From a candidate division FCPU426 bacterium (GTDB lineage Bacteria > Oederibacteriota > Muellerivitia > Muellerivitales > Muellerivitaceae): a stretch of 64,000 nt of DNA. Where the stretch lies: contig CAVRAL010000004.1 in assembly GCA_963719085.1 (NCBI GenBank), forward strand, positions 1,120,001-1,184,000, given 5' to 3'. Shown one piece after another: positions 1 through 10,845 of this stretch (positions are counted from its first letter, which is position 1; each line of letters begins with the position of its first letter). The position numbers were made by a program, and so were the translations under genes. Below the pieces are notes generated by a model. The model did not search any database, had not been told where the DNA came from, and saw only the letters and a list, made by a program, of their open reading frames with translations.

Positions 1-629
1 AGGATTTAGTCAAACTATTCCTGGAGCTGGACCTGGCCATGCTGGAAGTGAACCCCTTAGTCGTTTTAAAGAACGGCGAGCTCAATTGCCTGGACGCCAA
101 GGTGGCGTTCGAGGACAACGGCTTGGCCCGGCACAAAGAATATGAGGCCTGGCGCGATCCGGATGAGGAAGACGCCCGGGAATTGGAAGCGGGCAAGAGC
201 GGGCTTTCGTATATCTCGCTGGACGGCAATATCGGCTGTTTGGTCAACGGGGCGGGACTGGCCATGGCCACCGCCGACGCCATTTCCTTTTTCGGCGGAT
301 CACCGGCCAACTTCCTGGATGTGGGCGGCGGGGCCACCACCAAGGCCGTCACGGCGGCTTTTAAGATTATTTTGTCCGATGAGAGGGTGAAGGCCATTTT
401 GGTCAATATTTTCGGCGGCATCATGAAGTGCGACATCATCGCCCAGGGCATCATCGACGCGGCCAAGGACGTGGGGCTGAAGCTTCCCCTGGTCGTCCGC
501 TTGGAAGGAACCAACGTGGAAAAAGGCAAAGAGCTTTTAGCCAAGTCCGACCTCAAGTATCAATTCGCCTCCAGCATGGATGAGGCGGCCAAGACCGTGG
601 TGGCCGCGGCCAAGGAGGCCCAAGCATGA
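1..629 (+). CDS. sucC: Succinyl-CoA synthetase beta subunit (5'-truncated by window edge)
   Basis: Motifs [46 protein letters not shown]; frame open to window start; overlaps sucD start. Confidence 0.97.
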   Translation, partial: DLVKLFLELDLAMLEVNPLVVLKNGELNCLDAKVAFEDNGLARHKEYEAWRDPDEEDARELEAGKSGLSYISLDGNIGCLVNGAGLAMATADAISFFGGSPANFLDVGGGATTKAVTAAFKIILSDERVKAILVNIFGGIMKCDIIAQGIIDAAKDVGLKLPLVVRLEGTNVEKGKELLAKSDLKYQFASSMDEAAKTVVAAAKEAQA

Positions 630-1537
630 GCGTATTCCTCGATAAAAAATCTAAAGTCATCTGCCAGGGCATCACCGGCGCGGCCGGGCTTTTTCATTCC
701 AAGAATTGCCGGGATTACGGCACCAAGATGGTGGGCGGAGTCACCCCGGGCAAGGGCGGCAGTGAAGTGGAAGGATTCAAGGTATTTGACACGGTAGCGG
801 AGGCGGTCAAAAAAACCGGCGCCAATACCACCATGATCTTCGTGCCGGCGCTTTTCGCGGCGGACGCCATTTTAGAAGCCGCGGCGGCGGGCATTGAGCT
901 GATCGTTTGCATTACCGAAGGCATCCCGGCCAATGACATGGCCCGGACGGCTGAAATTTTAAAGCGATACCCCAAGAGCCGCTTGATCGGCCCCAATTGC
1001 CCCGGGATCATCACGCCGGGCGTGGCGAAAGTCGGCATCATGCCGGGCTACATCCACAAGCCGGGCAAGATCGGGATCGTGTCCCGTTCCGGAACCTTGA
1101 CCTATGAGGCGGTTTGGCAGGTCACCCAGCTCAAGCTCGGCCAATCCACCTGCATCGGCATCGGCGGGGATCCCATTATCGGAACCAGCCATTTGGCGGC
1201 CTTGGAAGCTTTCAACCACGATAAGGACACGCAAGCCGTCATCATGATCGGGGAAATCGGTGGCACGGCCGAGGAAGAAGCCGCCCAATACGTGAAGAAA
1301 GAAATGAAAAAGCCCGTGGCGGCCTTCATCGCCGGCACCACGGCGCCTCCGGGCAAACGCATGGGCCACGCCGGCGCCATCGTTTCCGGCGGCAAGGGAA
1401 CGGCCAAGGAAAAGATGGCGGCGCTGGAAGCGGCTGGAATCGTGGTGGCCAAAAGCCCGGGCGAGATGGGGCAGGCTTTGCTGGAAGCGCTCAAGGGCAA
1501 GGGCCGCCGCAAAAGCCCTAAGAAAAAGTCTAAATAG
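626..1537 (+). CDS. sucD: Succinyl-CoA synthetase alpha subunit
   Basis: [29 protein letters not shown] (phospho-His) motifs. Confidence 0.97.
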   Translation: MSVFLDKKSKVICQGITGAAGLFHSKNCRDYGTKMVGGVTPGKGGSEVEGFKVFDTVAEAVKKTGANTTMIFVPALFAADAILEAAAAGIELIVCITEGIPANDMARTAEILKRYPKSRLIGPNCPGIITPGVAKVGIMPGYIHKPGKIGIVSRSGTLTYEAVWQVTQLKLGQSTCIGIGGDPIIGTSHLAALEAFNHDKDTQAVIMIGEIGGTAEEEAAQYVKKEMKKPVAAFIAGTTAPPGKRMGHAGAIVSGGKGTAKEKMAALEAAGIVVAKSPGEMGQALLEALKGKGRRKSPKKKSK

Positions 1538-1565
1538 CTAAAAGCAAGGTTTCGTTGACCGCCAA

Positions 1566-1604
1566 GTAAAGTGTAAAAGGCGGATCCGCCCTTTTACACT
1601 TTAC
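1566..1604. terminator. Long hairpin between convergent sucD and GT9 genes (possible bidirectional terminator or repeat-borne hairpin)
   Basis: GTAAAGTGTAAAAG...CTTTTACACTTTAC inverted repeat, flanked by CCGCCAAG and GGACGCCTAAG repeat-arm units. Confidence 0.55.
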
Positions 1605-1677
1605 GAGGACGCCTAAGCATTTCTCCAAATTGATTTTTCAACCAAAACCAACTCAAAATTAAATGTGAATGTTTCTT

Positions 1678-2538
1678 CTATGAATTCATCCGGCTCATGG
1701 CGGCCAGGATAATGGACTCTTGCGGGCCCCAAAGGCGCGGGTCGGTGGTGTTGAAGACCGCGAAGGTTTTGACGCCGCAGGCTGAGGCCAGTTGGGTCAC
1801 TCCGCTGTCGTTGCCTAAATAACCGCAGGCCTGGGTCAGGACCGCGGCTAAATCCGGGAGTGTTAAAGATTCCGGTAAAACCTTCGCGCGGGGAATATCC
1901 TTGAACGCGGCGCGGATCTCGCCGACCCAGCCCATTTCGGCTTCTCCCCACAGCACCAATACCTGCCTGGATGTTTCAGCCACGGTTTTTTCGGCGGCTT
2001 TCTTAAAAAAAGAAAGCGGCGCGTTTTTGGCGGGACTTCCACTGCCCGGATGAAGGATGAAGGGCTGGGTGAGCCCAAGGCCCGCGCATAAGCTGAGCCC
2101 TCTTTCTTTTAAAGGGTCGGCAAGGACAAGCCGGGGGACCGGAGAAGCATCCTTAAGTCCCACCAAGTCGAGCCAGTAATGCCCCACCCAGCGTTCTTCC
2201 TTTAAGAAGTCCTCGAATTTTTTGGAGGGCCAATGTATTTTGAGGTTGGGAAAAGGCCTCAGTGCCTTTTCCAAACGATCATCCTTTTCCTTGAAGAAGA
2301 TAAAAACTTTGTTGAATTGGCTCAATTGAGGATCGGGTTCCCCACGGTAAAGGGATTCTAAAAGCGGTTCCAACGGAATCACTTGGGTCACGCCTAAAAG
2401 GGAAGTGCCCAAGGTTTGATAGGGCAAGGTTCCGGCCACGGTTACGGGAGCTTTAGCCCGCAAATATTGAAGGGCGGGTAAGGTGAGGATGCTGTCGCCT
2501 AAGCTTCCGGCGGCGAGGACCAGGATTGGATCACTCAT
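1678..2538 (-). CDS. Glycosyltransferase family 9 (ADP-heptose:LPS heptosyltransferase-like)
   Basis: GSLGDSILTLPAL N-terminus, LHPGSG, YLGNDSGVTQLASACG. Confidence 0.88.
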   Translation of the reverse strand: MSDPILVLAAGSLGDSILTLPALQYLRAKAPVTVAGTLPYQTLGTSLLGVTQVIPLEPLLESLYRGEPDPQLSQFNKVFIFFKEKDDRLEKALRPFPNLKIHWPSKKFEDFLKEERWVGHYWLDLVGLKDASPVPRLVLADPLKERGLSLCAGLGLTQPFILHPGSGSPAKNAPLSFFKKAAEKTVAETSRQVLVLWGEAEMGWVGEIRAAFKDIPRAKVLPESLTLPDLAAVLTQACGYLGNDSGVTQLASACGVKTFAVFNTTDPRLWGPQESIILAAMSRMNS

Positions 2539-2588
2539 AGTGACTGCCCCAATTTGAAACTATGGAAGACGGAGTAGGGTAATGTGAT

Positions 2589-2887
2589 TTGCCCGGCGAA
2601 GCCCACGGGGAGAAACTGGGCTGCAAGGACGAGGATTGGCATAGCTATAGAACCTCTTTCAATTTCAAACTGTCGTAACGAGAACAAGCCAATAGAGCGG
2701 GGCTTGCCCGGCGTAGCCCTTTGGGCGAAGCCGGGAGGATTGAGGGGTTGTCGGTCATGAGTTCTTATCCGGCTTTGCTCCAACCCCGGTTTGTGGCCAG
2801 GGTGAGTGGGATGATTTTACGAGCTCCGCCGGATGTTGCCCCGGCAACTGAGGATAACCCGGCGGAGCCCTTTTGGGCGAAGCGGGG
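2589..2887. repeat. Cluster of three REP-like palindromes
   Basis: Direct copies of CCCGGCG(A/T/G)AGCCC-n-GGG(C/A)GAA(G/A)C-GGG at ~2589-2620, ~2706-2736 and ~2858-2887. Confidence 0.6.
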
Positions 2888-3162
2888 TCGATATTCTTTA
2901 GGTTTACCAACTTGGCAACAATTATAAGGGGTCAAAACAGTCCTTTAGGCTTGAACGTCTAAATGGCAGGCTTTTTCTAAAAACGTCAAAATACCTTACA
3001 AAATGAAGGGATTAGTCCCAAAGCCGGATTGGATTTATCGTTATTTTTGATTTATTTTAACCGTTTAAATGGCATAATTCCTGCTCGTTTAGAAGGTGCC
3101 TTTTGGATGAGTCTCAAGCGGGAAGATTAAATGACCGCTTTCATTAAACGAAGGAAGATTTC

Positions 3163-4776
3163 TTGTTCCTAAATAATCCAAAATTTTATTGGAAGGCCCT
3201 CCTCACATTCATGGGCTTTTGGGGTTTGAACCTCATTCCCTCGGCCGTTTGGGCGGACTCGCCTCAATTGACGGTTCAGGGCAATCATGTCGTGGTCAGC
3301 GGCGGTTGCACGATCCGGTTAAAAGGCGTGGACGTGGATAGCCTGGAATACGAAGCCGATGGTTACGGATCCAATCCTTCCGGGGGCGGCATCACGGCCA
3401 CCGCGGCCGCGGCCGTTACGGATTGGAACGCCAATATCATCCGATTACCCCTCAACCAGGATTACTGGTTTGGATGCGGCGGAGGCGGCGCGAATTATCA
3501 GAACATGGTCGATACCATCGTCAATTTTTGTAAAACCCATAACACTTACGTGCTCCTGGACTTGCATTGGTCGGGGGACCAAACCGGCGCCACCGCGCCT
3601 TGCGGCACCGGATGGGGAAACGACAATCCGCTAAACAACGGCCACCAGCTTTACATGCCGGATGACAACAGCGTCACCTTTTGGTCGGATGTGGCCGCGC
3701 GTTACGCCAATAACCCGGCGGTGCTTTTTGACCTGTTCAACGAGCCTTATGATTACCAAGGCAATGGATGGTCGGTCTGGTTCAATGGCGGGACGAATAC
3801 CGGCGTCACCCCTAGTTTCCATACGCCCGGCATGAAGGCTTTGCTGGGCGCGGTCCGCGCGGCGGGCGCGAACAATGTGGTGGTCGTGGGCGGTCTGGAC
3901 TACGCTTATGATTTATCGGGGGTGACCACCAACAACTGCGGGGGGCCCTGCAGTCTGGTGGATCAGGCCGGCGGCAATGGTATCGTTTACGCGTCCCATA
4001 TTTATCCCTATAAGGGAAGTAATCCCTGGAAGCCCTCCGATGGAGACGCGAAAATCACCCCCGCGACCGCTTTTTTCCCGGTCATCATCAGTGAGTTCGG
4101 CGAAAATCTGTCCAATACCGGGGTGACCCCGAATCCGGATACCAATGGCACCTGGGACCAAACGCTTTTGAACTGGATCAACGGAAGCAATTTGACGAGC
4201 TACGAATACGCGGCCACCGCCTGGGATTTTCACACCAGTTCCAGCCCGGATCTTTTAGTGAACTGGCAATACACGCCCACCACTTACCATGGCGTTCCGG
4301 TTTACAATTGGCTCCAGACTCCGGTGCCGACTTGCCTGGTCGCGACGGATACCCCGACGCCGGGCCCCTGTACGGCCGGCGGATTCACTTGTACGCCCAC
4401 CTTTACGGCGACTCTGAGCCCGACGGTGACCATCACCCCCACGCCCACGGTGACATTGACGCCGACGATTACGGATACGCCTAATCCCAGCTCCTTGATT
4501 CCTTTCCCCAATCCCACGGACGGGAAACAACCCATTTCCTTTTTCTATAACGTGACCGGGCCCGCCACGGAGGTGGATTTGAGGGTCTTTACGGTGGCCA
4601 ACCGATTGATTTTTAAGGATTTGGATTTAGCGACCGGAGCGGGGCAGCATACCTATAGTTTGAATTGGGTTGGGCGGGGCCTAAATCCGGCCAATGGGCT
4701 TTATTATTTCGTCCTCGACATCAAAAACAACGGCCAACGATCCCGGCAAATCATGAAGGTGCTGGTCGGCCGTTGA
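3163..4776 (+). CDS. Secreted glycoside hydrolase family 5 (cellulase-like) with Pro/Thr linker and T9SS/FlgD-like C-terminal domain
   Basis: Signal peptide (..SAVWA-D); NIIRLPLN, YVLLDLH, FDLFNEP (acid/base), IISEFG (nucleophile); TPT linker; PFPNP...ANGLYY CTD. Confidence 0.9.
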   Translation: MFLNNPKFYWKALLTFMGFWGLNLIPSAVWADSPQLTVQGNHVVVSGGCTIRLKGVDVDSLEYEADGYGSNPSGGGITATAAAAVTDWNANIIRLPLNQDYWFGCGGGGANYQNMVDTIVNFCKTHNTYVLLDLHWSGDQTGATAPCGTGWGNDNPLNNGHQLYMPDDNSVTFWSDVAARYANNPAVLFDLFNEPYDYQGNGWSVWFNGGTNTGVTPSFHTPGMKALLGAVRAAGANNVVVVGGLDYAYDLSGVTTNNCGGPCSLVDQAGGNGIVYASHIYPYKGSNPWKPSDGDAKITPATAFFPVIISEFGENLSNTGVTPNPDTNGTWDQTLLNWINGSNLTSYEYAATAWDFHTSSSPDLLVNWQYTPTTYHGVPVYNWLQTPVPTCLVATDTPTPGPCTAGGFTCTPTFTATLSPTVTITPTPTVTLTPTITDTPNPSSLIPFPNPTDGKQPISFFYNVTGPATEVDLRVFTVANRLIFKDLDLATGAGQHTYSLNWVGRGLNPANGLYYFVLDIKNNGQRSRQIMKVLVGR

Positions 4777-4852
4777 TGTCCGAGCTGTGCCTGACACCGA
4801 ATTCTTTTGGTATCATGGGGGGCCGGGGTACTTTTACCTTTAAGGAATTACA

Positions 4853-7573
4853 TTGTTTTTTTCATCCCTTAACTTAAAACGTTTGCTGCCCATCCTCGTT
4901 TGGGTTTTGGCGGCGGGGTTGCCCGCGCTGTCCCAAACCCTGCCGGCCACGATCACCGTGAACGCCGCCACGACCCTGACCTCTTTCGCGCCCCTGAGTA
5001 TTTTCGGCAACAATACGGCTTATTGGATTTCCAATACGGACAACCAAGCGGTGCAGTCCAAAGTCCAAGCGGCGGGGAATTATTTTTTGCGTTACCCGGG
5101 AGGCTCCTCCTCGGATGACTTCCATTGGAACGGAACCGGGGCTTTTAACGGCAGCGGCTATTGGGTGCCCAGCGGCACCACCTACTCGGCGGGTTTCGCC
5201 GATAATGAGACTTATCGAGGAACGACATCCAGTTATGGGGCGGCTTCCCATATTACCGATGGCAATCCTGCCTCGGTCTGGTTGTCCAACGTGGACACGG
5301 ATTTCCCCAACAGCCAATGGGCGGAACTGGATTTAACCGCCACCGCCTTGGTCAACGCGGTGACGATTGTTTGGGGCACTCCTTACGCCACTTCTTTCCA
5401 AATTCAGCGGTGGCCCAGCTCCGGATGGCCGCCGCCTTTGAGTGACAATTCCTCAAATAAATGGATAACGGTGGGGACCTACGCCGGTACGGGCGGTACC
5501 CAAGGCGTGACCTTTACTTCCGCCTCGGCGCAGTATTGGCGCGTATTGATGACGGCCAGTTCCGCGGGGGTGAGCGGCGCTTATTCCATCGGCGAGGTCA
5601 CCCTTTATAACGGGGCGACCAAAGTCTCCTCGAACACCACGACTCCCTCGGCCCAAACCCAAGTGGAAGTTTCCAGCACGGATCCCGCCAGCAGTAAAAA
5701 TTACACGACGGCTCCGCCGGGAAGCACGGATTTCGCCTCTTATATGACTTATGTCCAAGCGTTCACGCCCCATGCCATTCCCTTGATCACGGTGAATCTG
5801 GGAACCGGCACGGCTTCGGAAGCGGCTTCTTGGGTTTATTACGCCAATGTGACCAAGGGTTACGGCATCCATTATTGGCAGATTGGCAACGAGACCGAGG
5901 GTAATTGGGAAACCGGCGGGCCGCTTCCCGCGCAGGACTATGTGCGGCGCTATATCGAGTATTACAACGCGATGAAGGCGGTCGACCCGAGCATTATCAT
6001 CACGGGTCCGGTGTCGGGAAGTTTTCTCGACACCTCCAACATGTATGACGGAAAAAGTTATGTCCAGGATTTCATCAGTATGCTTCACGCCGATGGGGAT
6101 GACAGCTACATCGATGGAATTGATTTTCACTGGTATCCCAATTACGGGAGCTACACGGCGGCGACGGCCTTGGCCAGTCCCGCCCAATTGGACGCTTTCC
6201 CCGTCAGCCTCAATTCTTGGTTATCCGGTGTCTCGGGCGGGACCACGATCCCTGTTTTTATGAGCGAATATAACGTGGACGCGGGGGATGAGAATTTCCA
6301 GGTTCAACTCGGCAACGGACTTTGGGTGGCCGATTCCTTGGGCCATTTCATCGCCGATTTCGGAAGCCGCGGATTTTCCAATCTTTGGGATACCTTGAAC
6401 GGTGGAAGCGGCGTCACCAGCGTGACCGGCGGGGATTTGGGTTATTTGAACGTCAACAACAGCAGTGCCACTTACCAATACCAAGCCCACGCTTCTTATT
6501 GGGCCATCCAGATGATGACGAACGATTGGGCTATTCCGGCTGACGCCACGCCGCATCAATTGGTTTCCACCACCATCACGGGAGTGTCCTCGTCCTTGCT
6601 GGCGGCTTATTCGGATTACCGGCCGGACGGCATATTGTCCCTAATGGTAGTGAATAAAAACCCGACCGCCAGTTACGCTGTTACTTTAAATGTGGGGCCC
6701 TTTACGCCCAACGCCACAGCCAACGAATGGGTTTATAACTCCACCAACTACCAATGGGTCACTACCGGCGGCACGCCTTATCACGCGGCCCCCGATACGG
6801 CGCCCACCAGCTTGGTGGCCTCGGGCGTGTCGAATACTTTTCCGGTCACTTTCGGGCCCTATTCCATTAATGTCATTCAATTCACCAATTCGGGTGTGCC
6901 CACCCGCACGCCTACCCCTACTTATACGGCGACCCCCACGCTTACGATCACACCCACTCGAACCGCGACGGGAACTCCCACGGTCACCAATACCCGAACT
7001 GCGACCTCGACTCCCACCATTACGCTTACCCCCACCGTGACCTCCACGGTCACCGCGACACCCACGGTGACCCTGACGCCGACGATTACGGACACGCCCA
7101 CCATTACCCTGACGCCGGTTTTTACTTATACCCCCACCGTTACCCCGACGCCGACCCTAACGCCGACTTTCACCCTGACGCTCGTCCCGACGTTCACACC
7201 CACATTCACGCCGACGATCACCCCGACCTGGACGGCCTCGCCGACGGTGACGCCTTTGCCTTCGGCGACCCCGACCCCGGTGAACTTCGTCTTCATCCCT
7301 TATCCGAACCCCTCGAACGGTCAAAATCCAACTTCTTTTTATTACAACGTGACCCAGCCAGAAACGACGGTGTCTTTGAAGATATTCACCGTGGCGAACC
7401 GGATGATTTTTAATGACTCTTCTTTATCGACCGGCCTCGGCCAACACGCCTATACGTTGGACTGGGCGAGCTTGGGACTTCATCCGGCCAACGGCCTTTA
7501 TTATTTTATGGTGGAATTCAGGGATAATGGTCAGGTGAGCCGGCAGATCATGAAGGTTTTGGTCATCCGCTAA
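4853..7573 (+). CDS. Secreted clan GH-A glycoside hydrolase (GH44/39/51/79-like) with discoidin/F5-8-like insert, Pro/Thr linker and CTD
   Basis: Signal peptide; [54 protein letters not shown] discoidin-like segment; long TPT linker; PYPNP CTD. Confidence 0.8.
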   Translation: MFFSSLNLKRLLPILVWVLAAGLPALSQTLPATITVNAATTLTSFAPLSIFGNNTAYWISNTDNQAVQSKVQAAGNYFLRYPGGSSSDDFHWNGTGAFNGSGYWVPSGTTYSAGFADNETYRGTTSSYGAASHITDGNPASVWLSNVDTDFPNSQWAELDLTATALVNAVTIVWGTPYATSFQIQRWPSSGWPPPLSDNSSNKWITVGTYAGTGGTQGVTFTSASAQYWRVLMTASSAGVSGAYSIGEVTLYNGATKVSSNTTTPSAQTQVEVSSTDPASSKNYTTAPPGSTDFASYMTYVQAFTPHAIPLITVNLGTGTASEAASWVYYANVTKGYGIHYWQIGNETEGNWETGGPLPAQDYVRRYIEYYNAMKAVDPSIIITGPVSGSFLDTSNMYDGKSYVQDFISMLHADGDDSYIDGIDFHWYPNYGSYTAATALASPAQLDAFPVSLNSWLSGVSGGTTIPVFMSEYNVDAGDENFQVQLGNGLWVADSLGHFIADFGSRGFSNLWDTLNGGSGVTSVTGGDLGYLNVNNSSATYQYQAHASYWAIQMMTNDWAIPADATPHQLVSTTITGVSSSLLAAYSDYRPDGILSLMVVNKNPTASYAVTLNVGPFTPNATANEWVYNSTNYQWVTTGGTPYHAAPDTAPTSLVASGVSNTFPVTFGPYSINVIQFTNSGVPTRTPTPTYTATPTLTITPTRTATGTPTVTNTRTATSTPTITLTPTVTSTVTATPTVTLTPTITDTPTITLTPVFTYTPTVTPTPTLTPTFTLTLVPTFTPTFTPTITPTWTASPTVTPLPSATPTPVNFVFIPYPNPSNGQNPTSFYYNVTQPETTVSLKIFTVANRMIFNDSSLSTGLGQHAYTLDWASLGLHPANGLYYFMVEFRDNGQVSRQIMKVLVIR

Positions 7574-7600
7574 AAAAAACAGTAACAAAAACTCGAAGGC

Positions 7601-7778
7601 ATTTAACAATGATGGACGCTGATAAATTCCGATTGGGAAAAACCATAGGGTTCCGGTTGGTTCTTTCCGGCTTTCATCCGCGTTTGGGTCGATTCTTGAT
7701 GGACTAGTTTAGGGGACAGCGACATTGTCTCGGGTATCTTTGACTTCAATGTGGAAACCTGGGGCGTCATTGTTAAAT
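7601..7778. repeat. Composite palindromic repeat (ACAATGATG family with two-hairpin cassette)
   Basis: Outer arms TTAACAATGATG/CGTCATTGTTAA; internal AGCGACATTGTCTCGGGTATCTTTGACTTC nearly identical to the copy at ~60090. Confidence 0.8.
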
Positions 7779-7843
7779 TGACTTTTGTTGAAGGTTCTAA
7801 GAGAAAAGCTCACAAAAAGAGCTAAAAGACCCGATCCTCCGGC

Positions 7844-7871
7844 TTGAAACCCCCTGTCCGCCCCATATAAT
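7844..7871 (+). promoter_or_regulatory. Putative sigma70 promoter of ispG
   Basis: TTGAAA-16 nt-TATAAT, then AAGGAG SD before ATG 7900. Confidence 0.55.
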
Positions 7872-7899
7872 GTGTTTATTCCCTTGAAGGAGCTGTTCG

Positions 7900-9009
7900 A
7901 TGGCTGAAATGTTCTACGAAATCAAGCGCCGCAAAACCCGTCCGGTCATGGTGGGCAAGGTCCAAGTCGGCGGCGGAGCCCCCATTTCCATCCAGTCCAT
8001 GACCAACACCCATACCTATGACGTGCAAGAAACCATCGACCAATGCAAGCGCTTGGAAGACGCGGGCTGCGAAATCATCCGCGTGACGGTGGAAAGCCCG
8101 AAAGCCTTAAAGGTTTTGGGACAGATCAAGGCCAAAATGAAGGTTCCCTTGGTGGCCGACATCCATTTTGCCCATGCCATGGCGCTGGGCGCCATTGATG
8201 AGGGCGCGGACAAGATCCGCATCAACCCGGGCAACATCGGCGGCATGGACCGCTTGGCTTTGGTGGTGGAGAAGTGCAAAAAGTTCAACGTGGCCATGCG
8301 GGTGGGCGTGAATTCGGGCTCGCTGGAAAAAGACCTCCTGGAAAAGCACGGGCATCCGACGCCGGAAGCCATCGTGGAATCGGCCATGCGCCATATCAAG
8401 TTCATCGAGTCCTTCGACTATCACAATATGATCATCTCGGTGAAGAGCTCGCACGTTCCCACCATGATCCGCTCTTACCGGCTTTTGGCCGAGCAATGCG
8501 ATTATCCTTTCCACGTGGGCGTGACCGAGGCCGGCACCAAGATGCAGGGAATCACCAAAAGCGCCGCGGGCATCGGGGCTGCCTTATCCGACGGCATCGG
8601 CGACACGATCCGGGTTTCCTTGACGGCGGACCCGGTGGAAGAAGTCAAAGTGGCCACCCACCTGCTGCGTTCCATGGGCTTCCGCAAAGAAGGCGTGGAT
8701 ATCGTGGCCTGCCCCACCTGCGGGCGATGCCATGTGGACTTGGAAAAGATGGTGGATCAAGTGGAAACCGCGACCCTCACCATGAAGACCCCCATGCGGG
8801 TGGCCATCATGGGCTGCGTGGTCAATGGGTTGGGCGAAGGCGCCGAGGCTGATATCGGCATCTGCTCGGAGAAGGGGCACGGGGTCATCATTGAGAAGGG
8901 GGAGATTAAAGTGCGCTTGAAGGAAGAAGAATTGGTTCCCCATTTGATCGGCGAGATCAAAAAGCGCAGCGCCGAGATGGAAAAGGCCGCCGCTCAGAAA
9001 TCGTCCTAA
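7900..9009 (+). CDS. ispG: (E)-4-hydroxy-3-methylbut-2-enyl-diphosphate synthase
   Basis: IQSMTNT, ADIHF, RINPGN, GVNSGSL, GVTEAG, CPTCGR, MGCVVNG. Confidence 0.97.
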   Translation: MAEMFYEIKRRKTRPVMVGKVQVGGGAPISIQSMTNTHTYDVQETIDQCKRLEDAGCEIIRVTVESPKALKVLGQIKAKMKVPLVADIHFAHAMALGAIDEGADKIRINPGNIGGMDRLALVVEKCKKFNVAMRVGVNSGSLEKDLLEKHGHPTPEAIVESAMRHIKFIESFDYHNMIISVKSSHVPTMIRSYRLLAEQCDYPFHVGVTEAGTKMQGITKSAAGIGAALSDGIGDTIRVSLTADPVEEVKVATHLLRSMGFRKEGVDIVACPTCGRCHVDLEKMVDQVETATLTMKTPMRVAIMGCVVNGLGEGAEADIGICSEKGHGVIIEKGEIKVRLKEEELVPHLIGEIKKRSAEMEKAAAQKSS

Positions 9010-9039
9010 CGGTTAAAGTGAAGGTAGTGTGTTGTCGCC

Positions 9040-9070
9040 AAGAGGCGGGTGAAAACCCGCCTCTTTTGTT
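9040..9070 (+). terminator. Rho-independent terminator after ispG
   Basis: AAGAGGCGGGT-GAAA-ACCCGCCTCTT followed by T-rich tail. Confidence 0.7.
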
Positions 9071-9103
9071 TATTCCCAGATAAAAATTTTTAAGGAACAA
9101 CGC

Positions 9104-10831
9104 ATGCGAGTCTCCCAAGCCCTCATTCCCACGGTCAAAGAAACACCCCAAGAAGCCGAGATTCCCTCTCACAAACTGATGCTTCGCGCGGGGCTGATGC
9201 GAAAAGTCGCCTCCGGCATTTATGAATACCTGCCGTTGGGCCAAAAGGTCATCCTCAAGGTGATGAGGATCATCCGCGAGGAAATGGAAGCCGCCGGCGC
9301 GCAAGAAGTGTTGCTTCCCATTCTCACCCCCGCTGAGCTTTGGCAGGAAACAGGCCGCTGGCAAAAATATGGAAAAGAATTGATGCGGGTGAAGGACCGC
9401 CACGAGCGCGATTACGCCCTGGGTCCCACGCATGAGGAAGTCATCACGGATCTGGTGCGCCGGGAGCTCAAAAGCTACAAGCAACTGCCCATGAATTTAT
9501 TCCAGATCGCCACCAAGTTCCGCGACGAGGTGCGGCCGAGGTTTGGCGTGATGCGCAGCCGGGAATTCCTCATGAAGGACGGCTATTCCTTCGACGTGGA
9601 CGACGACGCCTGCGACAAGACCTACTGGAAGATGTACGAGGCCTACAAGCGCATCTTCAAGCGCTGCGGGCTTCTCAGTTCGCCCGTTGAGGCGGATTCA
9701 GGGCTCATCGGCGGCAGTTTTACCCATGAATTCATGGTATTGGCCGAAACCGGCGAGGCCGCCATCGCTTTATGCGAGGCTTGCGGCTACGCGGCCAATA
9801 TGGAAAAGGCCCAGGGCGTGCCCGCGGCCCACGCGGTTTCCGCCGAAGGCGGGGCTTACCAAAAAATCTCCACCCCCGGCAAACACACGGTGGCCGATGT
9901 GGGCGCTTTTCTGAAACTACCCGCCCAGCAATTCATCAAGACCCTGCTTTTTATCGCCGACGGCAAACCCGTGGCGGTTTTGGTGCGGGGCGACCATGAC
10001 GTGAATGAAGTCAAGGTTCAAAATTATCTCCAGGCCGCCGAGATCAATTTGGCGTCGCCCGAAAAAGTCTATGAAGTGACCAAGGCTCCCGTGGGCTTCG
10101 CGGGCCCGGTGGGGCTCGCCGGGGTGAAAATCATCGCGGACGCGGAATTAAAAGGCGGACATCAGTATGTAACCGGGGGCTTGGCGAAGGATATCCATCT
10201 TACCGGGGTGGAACTGGGCCGGGATTTCGCCGAGCCCGAGTGGGGCGATTTCCGAAATGTGGTCATGGGCGACGGCTGTCCCAAGTGCGGCAAGCCCTTG
10301 AAGACCGGCCGGGGTATCGAGGTGGGGCAGACCTTTAAACTAGGCACCAAATATTCCGCCGCCATGAAATGCGTTTATTTAGGGGATGAAGGCAAAGATA
10401 AAGAAGCGGTCATGGGTTGCTACGGCATCGGCGTCACCCGCACGGTCGGCGCGGCCATTGAGCAGCATAACGACGAAAACGGCATCGTTTGGCCCATTTC
10501 GCTTTCGCCTTACCAGGTTCATTTGCTTTGCCTCAACCCGGCCGAGAGCGACGTGGTGAAGGTTGCCGATCAATGTTACGAGGATTTAAAGAAGGCGGGC
10601 TTCGAGGTTCTTTATGATGACCGGCTTGAGGCTTCGGCGGGATTCAAGTTTAAGGACGCCGATCTTTTAGGGCTGGCTTTGTCGGTCCGGGTGGGCGCCC
10701 GGGGTTTGAAGGAAGGCTTGGTGGAACTCAAGCGCCGCCGGGAAAAAGACGTCGTGAAAGTTCCCGTGGCTGAGGTGCTGGGCAAAGTGAAGGAACTCGC
10801 CGCCGAAGAATGGAAACTCTGCACGCCGTAA
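9104..10831 (+). CDS. proS: Proline--tRNA ligase (bacterial type with editing insertion)
   Basis: SHKLMLRAG, LGPTHEE, KFRDEVRPRFG, GIEVGQTFKLG, MGCYGIG. Confidence 0.97.
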   Translation: MRVSQALIPTVKETPQEAEIPSHKLMLRAGLMRKVASGIYEYLPLGQKVILKVMRIIREEMEAAGAQEVLLPILTPAELWQETGRWQKYGKELMRVKDRHERDYALGPTHEEVITDLVRRELKSYKQLPMNLFQIATKFRDEVRPRFGVMRSREFLMKDGYSFDVDDDACDKTYWKMYEAYKRIFKRCGLLSSPVEADSGLIGGSFTHEFMVLAETGEAAIALCEACGYAANMEKAQGVPAAHAVSAEGGAYQKISTPGKHTVADVGAFLKLPAQQFIKTLLFIADGKPVAVLVRGDHDVNEVKVQNYLQAAEINLASPEKVYEVTKAPVGFAGPVGLAGVKIIADAELKGGHQYVTGGLAKDIHLTGVELGRDFAEPEWGDFRNVVMGDGCPKCGKPLKTGRGIEVGQTFKLGTKYSAAMKCVYLGDEGKDKEAVMGCYGIGVTRTVGAAIEQHNDENGIVWPISLSPYQVHLLCLNPAESDVVKVADQCYEDLKKAGFEVLYDDRLEASAGFKFKDADLLGLALSVRVGARGLKEGLVELKRRREKDVVKVPVAEVLGKVKELAAEEWKLCTP

Positions 10832-10845
10832 AGCAGAGGAATCAT

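Noticed and set aside
2535..2927. Short ORFs 2535-2783 (-) and 2721-2927 (+)
   Set aside because: They run through the REP-like cluster and lack protein-like features.
9010..9103. T-box leader before proS
   Set aside because: Only ~90 nt, with no TGGNACC T-box sequence; a simple terminator explains it.
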